Part shown: positions 28,084-37,569 of the stretch, piece by piece
Position numbering within the stretch: the first letter of the stretch is position 1
Layout: each line of letters begins with the position of its first letter
From: Candidatus Nealsonbacteria bacterium
GTDB lineage: Bacteria > Patescibacteriota > Minisyncoccia > Minisyncoccales > PWPS01
Assembly: GCA_003557645.1 (NCBI GenBank)
Contig: PWNV01000014.1
Location: 17,989-81,988, forward strand
DNA length: 64,000 bases
Direction: 5' to 3'
Position numbers and translations under genes: made by a program
Notes under the pieces: generated by a model
Database searches by the model: none
What the model was told of the DNA's origin: nothing
The model's input: only the letters and a program-made list of their open reading frames with translations

Positions 28084-31000
28084 ATGAAAAAACTTTTTCT
28101 CCTTTCTGCTCTCGTTTGTTTTCTCGCTCTTTCTTTTAACTTCGTGCTGGCAGACGACCCCCCTAAATGTACTCCCAAATGTGAGTGCATTTATGCTGAA
28201 ACTGAGCCCGAGCATGCAGGATGTGGTTTTCCAGAGTGTGGAGGAGTGGTAATAGAGTACTGGTATGATACAAGATGTGGCACGGGTTTTTGTTATGAAG
28301 TTGAAAACGAGTCCAACGGACCCTGGGAAGACGCTAGGCCTGAATGTAATTGGGGTTGGTCTTGTCATCCGGGATGCTTAGATCTTCCCACACCTGACTA
28401 TTATTGGGCTGATCCGGGAGAAACAATTAAACAAAAAGATTATCCTATCGCCTCTCAGTACCCATACGATGAAACTCCAAACGAGAGAGTATATCTTCCT
28501 GTTAAGCTTGGTTGGGACCATATAAGAGGATGGATGCACCCAACAGGACCTAAGTCTTATCGTATACAAATAGACGGGACAACCAGAGATTATCCCCCTC
28601 CTTACTCCTATCCTCCCGCTGACCCGTCCGACCCTGATCCTCCTGGCGGCCCAGGACCATCCCCTCCCGCAGAGGGATTTCTTACTTGGCCAGTTGATAA
28701 TATTTTTAATGTTAGTGATTACTACGCTCAAGACAGACGGGCAGCATCTTTTCCTTATCTCACAGACTATCACACTGGAATTGATTTTTTTGGTGGCAAC
28801 GTCCCGATATATGCAGCGGGCAACGGAGAAGTAGTAAGAGTAAACAGAAGCCTCCAGGCAGGGATGGGAAGATGGGTCTTGATCAAGCACCCCGGCATAA
28901 CCTCCACCGATGGAAGAACTGTCCTTACACGCTATCTCCACTTAAAGAGCATTGATCCCAATCTCAACGAAGGAGATATGGTCACTGCAGGACAACAAAT
29001 AGGAATAATGGGAGGAACAGGAAGTAGTGAAAATAGTTACGCCATACATCTTCACTGGGATGTTTGTTTTGGAAGTTGTAGGTACAGTAACTGGCCTAAT
29101 GAATTTGATGACCCTCTTAATTACATTACTCGTGATCAAAGGTGGGCAGACTTTATAGAAGCAAGAAGAAGTCACCACAATCACGGAAGAGAAAATTACT
29201 ATTGGCCGGGAACTGTGCCTATTTATATAAGTAATAAAGACACCGACCCCTTCGATCTTTACAACACCCCTCCTCCAACCACTTCTCTTAACAGCTCATC
29301 TTCTTCTTGTTCTTTGGTGACAAACGACTCTCTTCCCTCTAACGAAAATAATACCTCCTTTTTATCAGAGCTATCCTCTTCTTTCGTTTTGACATCAAAC
29401 TCTTTAGAAATAACTCTTGAAGAGTGTCTCCGCACCAATCGATTTATTGCTGATAAGTGTCTTCTACGGTCAGACTATAATCACAACTGGAGAGTGCAGG
29501 GCTGTTGTGACACAGAGTGTAACTCGTGTCACCCCACATGCTGGTCAGAATATGATTTTATAACAGACGAAGCTCCTGAACCTATTGAGCCATATGATCC
29601 TAGCTGGGCTGGAGATTACGGAATGGCAGGAGGTCATCATAATCCACTAGGCTTCCAAGACGCAAACTCAAAATGGTGTGATCCAGAAAACGAAGACGAT
29701 TATAAGGGTTATCTCCTTCTTGCTTTTAAGGAAATAAACGGAAATATGGTCTGTCATCCTGATCGTCTTCGTCCCGATGGCGTTTGTCGTCCTATTCTTG
29801 TCCGAGATGACAATCCTGTTCCTATCCACAGAGGACCTCCTCCCACAGAGATTATTAATATAAGAGAAGACCTTTTCAATGAAATAGGAGAAATATTTGC
29901 CTGGAGGGTGGCTGCTTGTGAGGATCATAAAATGGAAGACTGCTCTGACTATAGCCAGAAATGGAGACTTATTGTTGGAGACACAATAAAAAACCCTCAT
30001 GATTTTCAACCCGCAAACGACCCTGAAGGAGAAACTCCTATTGGAATTTATCCAGACGCTACTTTTAGATGGAACTGGCCCTTTGGAGCACACTCTTTTT
30101 GGTTCCAGCTTGCCGTAGATAACGAAAATCAAGACGTCATAATAGAAGAACTCCTAACCACTAACAGCTTTACCGTTCCAGCAGCAACTTTGGGAATTGA
30201 AAATCGCTTTATCTGGAGAGTTAAATCTTGCTACGATGAAGATGGAGAGAACTGCCTTGAAGAGTGGACAGAAAACATTCACTTTACTACTACGGGAAGA
30301 CCTCCTAACCTAGAGGAGACAGCCGTTCCTCCCGACGGAAGTGAGGAAGTGACTATTCCCCTTACCATAGAGTGGGAATCTGTCCCTGGAGCACAGTCAT
30401 ACATCTTTAGAATAGATGGAGAAGAGAGGCGTGTTTCTTCAGAAAAAATTCATCTTAATTATCCACAACTTAAAACAGGGACTGAGTACTCATGGACCGT
30501 AAAAACTTGTGCTGATCCGGGGGGCTCTGCTTTTTGTGGAGGATTTTGGTCTCCTGAAGTAAAATTTACAACTCTAGTTCTTCAGCCCCCTACAAATCCT
30601 AGCCCTGAAGACAATTCCACTCTTTTCACAGACACAAGAAGCATTAACGCTTCTTGGAGCAAGGCCAGAGGAGCAAACTATTACGAGTATGAGATTAGCT
30701 ACCCAGGAGGAGAAACAGAAAGTGATATTATTTCTGGAACATCCTTTTATGTCAACCTTTTTGACTTGGGAACATATAATTGGAGAGTTCGGTCTTGTCT
30801 TGACAGTAACTGCGAAGACAGCAGCGCTTTTTCCAACTGGAGCTTCACCTACGAAGAAATAGAAGCAGATGGAGTGGGTCTTGTTCCTTGTGGAAGGGCA
30901 TACGACAGCCCTAGCACTCCATGGAACGAGAGAGAGCCTTGTCAGTTGAAACATCTATTTATATTGTTTAAAATATTGACTGATTTTGTCCTTTGGAACC

Positions 31001-31224
31001 TTTTCCCAGTTGCTCTTGTTTTAATGGTTTTAACTACTGGTGCTTTGTTTTCGTTCGCTTCACCTTTGGGACCAAGCGTACTAGCAAGAGTAAAACTGTT
31101 ATGGAAAGGAGTAGGAATTGGTTTTGTTGTTCTTTTCTTTGGTTGGATTATTTTAACAATAGGTCTGTCAATGATAGGATACGACGCAGGTATCTACGGT
31201 CCGTGGTGGCAAATCAACTTTTAA
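28084..31224 (+). CDS. Giant secreted multidomain protein: Cys-rich N-domain, Pro-rich linker, M23 peptidase, four FN3-like WRVxxC repeats, C-terminal VirB2-like pilin/membrane domain
   Basis: Signal peptide; DYHTGIDFF...HLHWD M23 motifs; repeats FAWRVAACED / FIWRVKSCYD / YSWTVKTCAD / YNWRVRSCLD; C-terminal GLVPCG...CQLKHLF plus two TM helices matching ORF 15782..16201. Confidence 0.75.
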   Translation: MKKLFLLSALVCFLALSFNFVLADDPPKCTPKCECIYAETEPEHAGCGFPECGGVVIEYWYDTRCGTGFCYEVENESNGPWEDARPECNWGWSCHPGCLDLPTPDYYWADPGETIKQKDYPIASQYPYDETPNERVYLPVKLGWDHIRGWMHPTGPKSYRIQIDGTTRDYPPPYSYPPADPSDPDPPGGPGPSPPAEGFLTWPVDNIFNVSDYYAQDRRAASFPYLTDYHTGIDFFGGNVPIYAAGNGEVVRVNRSLQAGMGRWVLIKHPGITSTDGRTVLTRYLHLKSIDPNLNEGDMVTAGQQIGIMGGTGSSENSYAIHLHWDVCFGSCRYSNWPNEFDDPLNYITRDQRWADFIEARRSHHNHGRENYYWPGTVPIYISNKDTDPFDLYNTPPPTTSLNSSSSSCSLVTNDSLPSNENNTSFLSELSSSFVLTSNSLEITLEECLRTNRFIADKCLLRSDYNHNWRVQGCCDTECNSCHPTCWSEYDFITDEAPEPIEPYDPSWAGDYGMAGGHHNPLGFQDANSKWCDPENEDDYKGYLLLAFKEINGNMVCHPDRLRPDGVCRPILVRDDNPVPIHRGPPPTEIINIREDLFNEIGEIFAWRVAACEDHKMEDCSDYSQKWRLIVGDTIKNPHDFQPANDPEGETPIGIYPDATFRWNWPFGAHSFWFQLAVDNENQDVIIEELLTTNSFTVPAATLGIENRFIWRVKSCYDEDGENCLEEWTENIHFTTTGRPPNLEETAVPPDGSEEVTIPLTIEWESVPGAQSYIFRIDGEERRVSSEKIHLNYPQLKTGTEYSWTVKTCADPGGSAFCGGFWSPEVKFTTLVLQPPTNPSPEDNSTLFTDTRSINASWSKARGANYYEYEISYPGGETESDIISGTSFYVNLFDLGTYNWRVRSCLDSNCEDSSAFSNWSFTYEEIEADGVGLVPCGRAYDSPSTPWNEREPCQLKHLFILFKILTDFVLWNLFPVALVLMVLTTGALFSFASPLGPSVLARVKLLWKGVGIGFVVLFFGWIILTIGLSMIGYDAGIYGPWWQINF

Positions 31225-31233
31225 TTTAAATAA

Positions 31234-31920
31234 ATGTCTGATAAAAAAATAGTTATTGTAAGTTTCTTAATGATAGCTTTTCTGGTTCTCTCTACATATA
31301 TCCACAGTCAAAGAACTAGAGATATTCAAGAGAACGGCCATCCCGTGCTGCCAAGCAAAGAGTTCTCTTCTTCCGATCATTCTCTCCCCAAGTTAGAAGA
31401 CATTATCAGTGAAAGATCTGGAGAAAATCAAGGAGAGAGACTAAGAGAGCCCGAAGAAATCGAGTATAAAGAATTTATAGATCAAGATAACAAAATAACG
31501 GTAGAGTACCCTTCACACTGGAAAGTTACAGAAGATGCAACTCCCTTAGGGCAAGATAATATAGATTTCCTTTTTGTTGCTTTCTTAGAAGGATCCTACG
31601 AAGTAAGGGCTGGAATGACCATTTTGAGAGGACAAAACTTAGATGAAGACAGTAATTTGCTTGAAAAAACAGAAAGTACTTTTGCCGATGCCGCTAGCCG
31701 AGAAATTTTAGAAGAAAAAGAAACCGAAAACGGGAAGATATTTAAGACAAAATATAAAGATTCATTAGGAGAGATTCGTGGCAAAGAAAAGGTTATGCAG
31801 GCTAATGATAGTAGTTACATGGTCTCCGTTTTTGTGATGTCTCACTCCTGGGAAGATTTCTTACCTCAAACAGATCATATAATTAATTCTGCCACAATTA
31901 GAACAGAAAACGACTTATGA
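31234..31920 (+). CDS. Hypothetical bitopic protein (N-terminal TM plus periplasmic/extracellular domain), VirB8-like topology
   Basis: Single TM (IVIVSFLMIAFLVLSTYI) then about 200-aa soluble domain; size and topology as VirB8 but no sequence motif recognised. Confidence 0.35.
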   Translation: MSDKKIVIVSFLMIAFLVLSTYIHSQRTRDIQENGHPVLPSKEFSSSDHSLPKLEDIISERSGENQGERLREPEEIEYKEFIDQDNKITVEYPSHWKVTEDATPLGQDNIDFLFVAFLEGSYEVRAGMTILRGQNLDEDSNLLEKTESTFADAASREILEEKETENGKIFKTKYKDSLGEIRGKEKVMQANDSSYMVSVFVMSHSWEDFLPQTDHIINSATIRTENDL

Positions 31921-33035
31921 TAAAAAAACCCACCTTACTAAAAATAACAAAGCTTGCACTTGTCTTTCTATTTTTTTCTTTTCTTCCTTTTACTTTTTCT
32001 TTTGCCGGCGAAGATCCGGCTGAAACAGAAGTTATCTGGCCCACCTCTCCTGTAGGAACAGAGTTTACTCGAGACATGCCATTGCACGAGCTTATCGCTT
32101 ATTTTTATGAATGGGGTATTGTTATCGGAATACTGGCAGTGTTTGGTATTTTGGTTTTCGCCGGATTTCAATACACAATTTCTGCTGGAAAGCCTGCCAT
32201 GATGACAGACGCCCTAAGTAGAATTCAAGCTGCAATAATTGGTCTTGTTCTTCTTTTATCTTCTTGGCTAATATTAAGCATTATTAACCCTGAATTGGTA
32301 AAAATTTCTCCTATCACATTTAGTATTTCTGATGAAATACGTGGATTAAATCTTGACGTTGATGATCTCTACGGAGCACCAGTCGACGCTGTAGAGTTCT
32401 ATCCTAAAAAGAATTATGAAGGAGATATTATCTCCACATTATATACTCCAAAAAGATCAACATATGAAATAAGAATAGAACAAGTTCATTATTTAAGTCA
32501 GGGTGGAACAGTTGCTGCTCCAGGAGAAGGAGAAGCAATTCCTCCAGAATCAGCAAGAGGATTTACAGCTATTCCTCCTTCCGAGATGATACAGTGGGAA
32601 CAAGGAATAGATCTTGATTATCAAAGATACAGTCATCCTCCTCTAGATGGAGTACTCGCAGGAACAGGATCATATCTCTCCTTTGGACAAAAAATGATTC
32701 CAGATCCCGAAGGTCTTTATAAAGAAGGAGGATCTTCTTTAGTTGATCTTTACGAAGAAACAACCAGGGGTTTTTGGGACTGGCTTACGGGAACGAAAAT
32801 TAATTGTGAAAGCAAATTAAGTCGAGGAATAATTTCCACGGTTGATGTTAGAGAAGGAATTTTTGGTTTTGACAGAGAAATAAACTGCATGATAATTGAA
32901 CGAAGACACGTGCCTTTAGATGATGCCTTGTTTGGTAGTCCTGGTGAAAACGCGGTAAGAGTTTCTCCCGTTTTTTGCGATGGAGGTGATCCGTGTTTCT
33001 ACAATCCTCCGGAAGACGAAATTCCAGAAGATTAA
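31917..33035 (+). CDS. VirB2/TrbC-like pilin domain protein with about 240-aa C-terminal extracellular extension
   Basis: Signal peptide, LHELIAYFYEWGIVIGILAVFGILVFAGFQYTISAGKP...IQAAIIGLVLLLSSWLILSIINP two-helix pilin pattern. Confidence 0.55.
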   Translation: MIKKPTLLKITKLALVFLFFSFLPFTFSFAGEDPAETEVIWPTSPVGTEFTRDMPLHELIAYFYEWGIVIGILAVFGILVFAGFQYTISAGKPAMMTDALSRIQAAIIGLVLLLSSWLILSIINPELVKISPITFSISDEIRGLNLDVDDLYGAPVDAVEFYPKKNYEGDIISTLYTPKRSTYEIRIEQVHYLSQGGTVAAPGEGEAIPPESARGFTAIPPSEMIQWEQGIDLDYQRYSHPPLDGVLAGTGSYLSFGQKMIPDPEGLYKEGGSSLVDLYEETTRGFWDWLTGTKINCESKLSRGIISTVDVREGIFGFDREINCMIIERRHVPLDDALFGSPGENAVRVSPVFCDGGDPCFYNPPEDEIPED

Positions 33036-33065
33036 ATGTAAGTTATTTTTGATTAAATATAAAAA

Positions 33066-35306
33066 ATGAATTTTTTAAAGGAAAAGTGTAAATCTAAACT
33101 GAGACACGTGTTCACTCTACTATTTTTTCTCTTCTTCCTTTTTATTCCGGAGATAACAGAGGGGTTTGCTTTTAGTCTTGGAGAAAAGCAGCTTGCAGGT
33201 CTTTCTGAAGTAGTGGGTCCAGTTTTGGCTCTTGGTATCTTTCTTTTTGCCTTCCTTATTTTTTCCTACGGCCTTTTAGTGGTAGCAACCGAATATTTGC
33301 TAGCAATTATCATCTCTACTCCCGATGCTCTTACGCTGAGTGCAGAAAAAGCTCCTTTTGTAGATATAGGATGGCAGTTTATTCTAGGAATATCCAACAT
33401 GCTCCTTATTCTTGCTTTTATTGTTATTGCTATCTCCGTTATATTAAGATTCGAAAATCTTGGCTTTAAAAAGGCATTTCCTAGACTAATCGGTGTTGCC
33501 CTTCTTATAAACTTCTCACTGGTGTTTGTAGGGATGGGAATTGATATCTCGAATGTTTTTTTTAGCACTATTGAAAATGAGCTTATTCTAGAGATGGATC
33601 CTGAGTGCTCTTGGCAGGCCGCAGGTCTGGGAGATTGTCCAGAAGACACCAGCCCAAGTGCCGAAGGGAATTGTCTAGGACCAAATCCTGGAGGATCTCT
33701 TTGTTGCTGTTATGAGGCAGAAACCACCACCCTTATATCCGAATCAATGGAGATGCTCTTCTCTGGGGCAGCTCAAAGAATAATTAATTTTGGCGCTATT
33801 CTCGCTGGTTTTGCAGCGGCAATGTTAATACCTTATGTATCTGTAGGGGTGCAGTTTGCAGTTATTATAGCTGGTGTAGTCTGGTTCTCCGATATTATGG
33901 CAATGCTTACTCAGGGACTAATAATGTTTCTTCTTGCAGGAGCTTTCTTTCTCTTTTTTATTATTTTCCTTGTACGAATCTTTGTTATTCAAATACTTGC
34001 TATCGTCGCTCCCCTTGCCTTTATTTGTTTGATTTTCCCAGGAACACAGTTATATAAATATTTTGAAATGTGGGTAAGAAGTCTTCTTCAGTGGCTTTTT
34101 GCTGGTATTGCCTTCCTTTTTCTGCTCATCCTTGGCTTTAATATGGTTGGTATGGTAGATGGTCTCGTAGGGGTTATCGGAGATTTAGAAGTAGAAGGAG
34201 AAAATACCTGGGTTGTTGCAATAAAGAACGTCTTCTTAGACAGTGGTTTTGTTTACTATATCGTCCTTCTTGTTTATTTTGTAACTATTCTTTTTTTCGG
34301 TAAAAAATTCATTCCAGCTGGAGTAGATGCAATGATTAGTCAAGCTAAGTCTGTTAGCTCTTCGGTTACCGGAATAGCAGGAAAAGCATTTAATCGTAGC
34401 CTTGTACCAAAGAGAGCGCAAGATCAAGCCAATGTTCCCGAAGGAGCTGAGAACATGGCAAATTGGATGAGAAAGAGTAGAGTGCCTGGAGCAAGACTAG
34501 CAGCCCCTACTGTTGCTAGATGGGCTAAGAGAAGAAAGGACGAGGCGGAAAAAGAAGCAAAAGAGGTATCAAGAGACTTTCGTCGTATGGATCAAGTAAG
34601 AAGAGCGGGCGGAACCCAGCAAGAATTAAAGGCGTTATCTTCTACAGGAACTAAGAGACAACGCCACGGGGCAGATTTAGCTTGGGAGGCTAAGATAGGT
34701 GAATTAGAAAAGAAGAAAAAAGAAGTAGAAGAAAGTAGAGGAAAAGCTCCATCAAGATCTGAGGTTGAAAAAGATCTTCCAATAAGAACAGGTGAATCTA
34801 CAACAGACTGGAAGATAAGAGTCGGTAAGGAGCTAGACAGAAGAGAAAGGCAACACAACGCCCCTGTAAGAAGAGTTGAAAAAGAGATAGAATCTTGGAA
34901 TCGAATGGCCCCTCATTTGGGAGCTCCTAATGAAGATGATATTGCAAAAAAGATTCCAAAGGTGGAAGGAGAATCTAGAACGCAAAGAAAACAGAAAATA
35001 CAAAAAGCAATGGACGAAGCCTTAAACAAGCATAGAAGTAAAGTAGGAAAAACCGTTAATGATATGTCTCCAAGTGAACAAGCAAGCATGTTGTCTTCTG
35101 CCTATGATAATAAGACGGTTGTTACTCACATGACAAAAAAGAAGGCTAATATTGATGCGCTGGTGGAGAAGAAAAATTATAAGAATCTAAGAAGAACAAT
35201 CAAAACTTTCAATAAGCTTCATCCTAAAGTACGACAAAAGAGAAGAAAAGTCTTCGATACAATAACAGCCACTCCCGCGTGGAAAGAAGCTAAAAGAATA
35301 AAATAG
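33066..35306 (+). CDS. VirB6/TrbL/TcpH-like polytopic membrane protein with Cys-rich loop and long basic C-terminal tail
   Basis: Signal/TM1 plus at least 7 further TM helices, extracellular loop CSWQAAGLGDCPEDTSPSAEGNCLGPNPGGSLCCC, about 300-aa Lys/Arg-rich cytoplasmic tail. Confidence 0.55.
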   Translation: MNFLKEKCKSKLRHVFTLLFFLFFLFIPEITEGFAFSLGEKQLAGLSEVVGPVLALGIFLFAFLIFSYGLLVVATEYLLAIIISTPDALTLSAEKAPFVDIGWQFILGISNMLLILAFIVIAISVILRFENLGFKKAFPRLIGVALLINFSLVFVGMGIDISNVFFSTIENELILEMDPECSWQAAGLGDCPEDTSPSAEGNCLGPNPGGSLCCCYEAETTTLISESMEMLFSGAAQRIINFGAILAGFAAAMLIPYVSVGVQFAVIIAGVVWFSDIMAMLTQGLIMFLLAGAFFLFFIIFLVRIFVIQILAIVAPLAFICLIFPGTQLYKYFEMWVRSLLQWLFAGIAFLFLLILGFNMVGMVDGLVGVIGDLEVEGENTWVVAIKNVFLDSGFVYYIVLLVYFVTILFFGKKFIPAGVDAMISQAKSVSSSVTGIAGKAFNRSLVPKRAQDQANVPEGAENMANWMRKSRVPGARLAAPTVARWAKRRKDEAEKEAKEVSRDFRRMDQVRRAGGTQQELKALSSTGTKRQRHGADLAWEAKIGELEKKKKEVEESRGKAPSRSEVEKDLPIRTGESTTDWKIRVGKELDRRERQHNAPVRRVEKEIESWNRMAPHLGAPNEDDIAKKIPKVEGESRTQRKQKIQKAMDEALNKHRSKVGKTVNDMSPSEQASMLSSAYDNKTVVTHMTKKKANIDALVEKKNYKNLRRTIKTFNKLHPKVRQKRRKVFDTITATPAWKEAKRIK

Positions 35307-35317
35307 CATCAATTACT

Positions 35318-35725
35318 ATGCCTAAAAAAATAATCTATCCTAAAAATACCAAAGAAGTAATTCAGAGAATTATCGAAGATAGTAATAGGTTAAAATCAAT
35401 GCAAGAAAAGGCCTTTGAGAGATGGAGTAATTCTAAAGAAGGAGAAGAAAGTGAGAAAATTATGTTTTCCTCTCCTGGAGGTGTTATTTCTGAAGCCATC
35501 TCAGACTTTGCGCACGGTGAAATCAAAAAAGAAGATCTGGTCCCTTTGTTTGTTGAGCGCCTTGAAATTAGTGAAAAAAGAGCTCAAAAAATTAAAAAAA
35601 TCTTAAGTACAGAAATATTTCCCCTCCTCTCCTCTTCTGGTGGTAAGAAAAGCAAAAGTGTTTCTTCTGAAGGAGAAAAGAAAACAAAAAAAGAAAAAGA
35701 CCCTTATAGAGAGCCCATAACATAA
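35318..35725 (+). CDS. Hypothetical small Lys/Glu-rich protein
   Basis: ORF only; no recognised motifs. Confidence 0.35.
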   Translation: MPKKIIYPKNTKEVIQRIIEDSNRLKSMQEKAFERWSNSKEGEESEKIMFSSPGGVISEAISDFAHGEIKKEDLVPLFVERLEISEKRAQKIKKILSTEIFPLLSSSGGKKSKSVSSEGEKKTKKEKDPYREPIT

Positions 35726-35747
35726 CTCTCTTTATTGTTATTAAAAA

Positions 35748-35775
35748 AGACCGGTACTCTTTAGTGTACCGGTCT
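35748..35775. terminator. Bidirectional terminator, perfect 10-bp palindrome
   Basis: agaccggtac-N8-gtaccggtct followed by T-rich tract; between convergent genes. Confidence 0.7.
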
Positions 35776-35783
35776 TACTTCTT

Positions 35784-37028
35784 CTAATAAAAGAACTTTA
35801 GCCTCCTTTTCCAGGAAAGCTTTGTTTTTGGTTTATACTTTTTCTTGCCGTGATCAGCATCCTCATCGTCGTCATCATCGTCGTCATCATCATCGTCAAT
35901 CTTCTGCCTACTCTCTTTTTCCTTCTCTACTTTCTCTATCTTTTGCTGCTCTTCTTTTTCTCGTTTTTTGTCTTCTTCTTGAATATTTTTTCCTTGTGGC
36001 ATTCTGAGGAATCCCGCAATTGTATTAAGGAAGCTTTTCTCTAGTGATCCGCCTCCCTCAACATCAATATTTACGTAACTACCATTTTCCATTGCCAATT
36101 TTTTCTTGATCATTTCCCTTGCCCAGCGAGCAAAGACTTCCTTCATCTCTGGGTCTTCTCTTATTTCCTTGGCAACTTGACGGGGAGTCTTTCCATAAGC
36201 TTCCGCCATCATATAGACAACGGTCTTAGCGATTTCTCCGGACCTTGCTTTGGCTTTAAATTCTTGCTTTTGTTCGCTGGCCAAAGCCTTTGAGATCTCT
36301 TCGTCCATCGGGGAGATATCAAGGAAAGTAACTCCCTCCTCAGCTATCTTCACTCCCCATTTACGAAGCGTCCCTCCTTCTTCTCTTAACAGTTTGCTCT
36401 CCTTGAGATACTCCCAAATCTTTGCACTTTTAAGTTTGTATAAGTCTTCAAATGAATAACTCGAAACAAAAGAGCGCATCACTCCATCGATTTGGGACAA
36501 CGCTTCCTCTAGTGAGTTCTCCGGAGAGACAAAGAGGAAAAGATAAGGATTTTCAATTTTTAAAGTAACTAAATATTTTACCCTAACTTGAAACCTCTCT
36601 GGCCTTTTCGTTTCAGCGTTCTCTATTTCCGAAGAGTAAACCTCAGGCTTGAGCTTTACTTCATTGAACTCTTCCTTTGCTCCTTTTATACCTTCTTTAC
36701 GCCCATGTTTGTCACTCCATGAGATAGAATAAGTATAAGTTTTTTTGAAGGGAAAGAGTCCAAAATAAAAGAGACCACCAAAAATCCTTCCAGTAATTTT
36801 CTTCCTTACTGCTCCTACTGCTTCGTCGTGCCCTTCTCGTAGCACAGTAAAATTTTCATCCATAAAATGATCTCTCCAGACCATTTTAAAGGAATGAAAC
36901 TGACCAAAGGACATTATTGCCCGAGCCGTTCCTTCTTTAACACTTCCAAAGGAGTGTCTTAGAAAAAAATAAATAAAAGAAACAATACTTCCAAGAAAAA
37001 GAAGAATCAAGACAGTCCATATAATCAT
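35784..37028 (-). CDS. SPFH/band-7 domain membrane protein with C-terminal poly-Asp tract
   Basis: N-terminal TM, KWGVKIAEEGVTFLDISPMDEEISKALASEQKQEFKAKARSGEIAK pattern of SPFH C-region; 9xD+E+D stretch. Confidence 0.5.
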   Translation of the reverse strand: MIIWTVLILLFLGSIVSFIYFFLRHSFGSVKEGTARAIMSFGQFHSFKMVWRDHFMDENFTVLREGHDEAVGAVRKKITGRIFGGLFYFGLFPFKKTYTYSISWSDKHGRKEGIKGAKEEFNEVKLKPEVYSSEIENAETKRPERFQVRVKYLVTLKIENPYLFLFVSPENSLEEALSQIDGVMRSFVSSYSFEDLYKLKSAKIWEYLKESKLLREEGGTLRKWGVKIAEEGVTFLDISPMDEEISKALASEQKQEFKAKARSGEIAKTVVYMMAEAYGKTPRQVAKEIREDPEMKEVFARWAREMIKKKLAMENGSYVNIDVEGGGSLEKSFLNTIAGFLRMPQGKNIQEEDKKREKEEQQKIEKVEKEKESRQKIDDDDDDDDDDDEDADHGKKKYKPKTKLSWKRRLKFFY

Positions 37029-37150
37029 CTCTACACCTCCATTTTTAAGTTGTTAAGTGTACATTTTCTGCCTTTATTTTTTTTATCATTAAATCTTGCT
37101 TTTGTCAAGTACTCTCTTTACTTGCCTTCTCTTTGTGCTAAAATATTTAC

Positions 37151-37567
37151 ATGAGATTCAAAGTTCCAAGAAATATTGAGCATGAAGCAAAAGTAGTGGG
37201 GCCCGCTACTTTTCAGCAAATTCTTCCTATTGGAGGGGCCTCTTTTATTATCTTTATTCTTTACCTTTTACTTAGAGAAAAAAGCATGTTCCTCTTCTTT
37301 TTTCTCTCTACTATCGTTGCTTCCGGCGGCTTCGCTTTGTCTTTTTTAAAAATCAATCAGATGCCCTTATCCCAATACATCAAAAATTACATTTCTTTCT
37401 CCCTTGCTCCGCGAGAGTATATCTGGAAGAAAAAGGAGAAAACTATTAATATATCTACAGAAAGAAAAGCCACGGTAGTAAAAGAAAAAATAGAGAAAGA
37501 AGAGGAAAACAAGCCAAGAAAAGAAAGTCAAATAAATAGAATCAGCTCAAAAATTGATTCACTTTAA
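37151..37567 (+). CDS. PrgI/VirB3-like small membrane protein
   Basis: MRFKVPRNIEHEAKVVGPATFQQ N-terminus then two hydrophobic helices; located immediately upstream of VirB4 as VirB3/PrgI genes are. Confidence 0.5.
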   Translation: MRFKVPRNIEHEAKVVGPATFQQILPIGGASFIIFILYLLLREKSMFLFFFLSTIVASGGFALSFLKINQMPLSQYIKNYISFSLAPREYIWKKKEKTINISTERKATVVKEKIEKEEENKPRKESQINRISSKIDSL

Positions 37568-37569
37568 AT

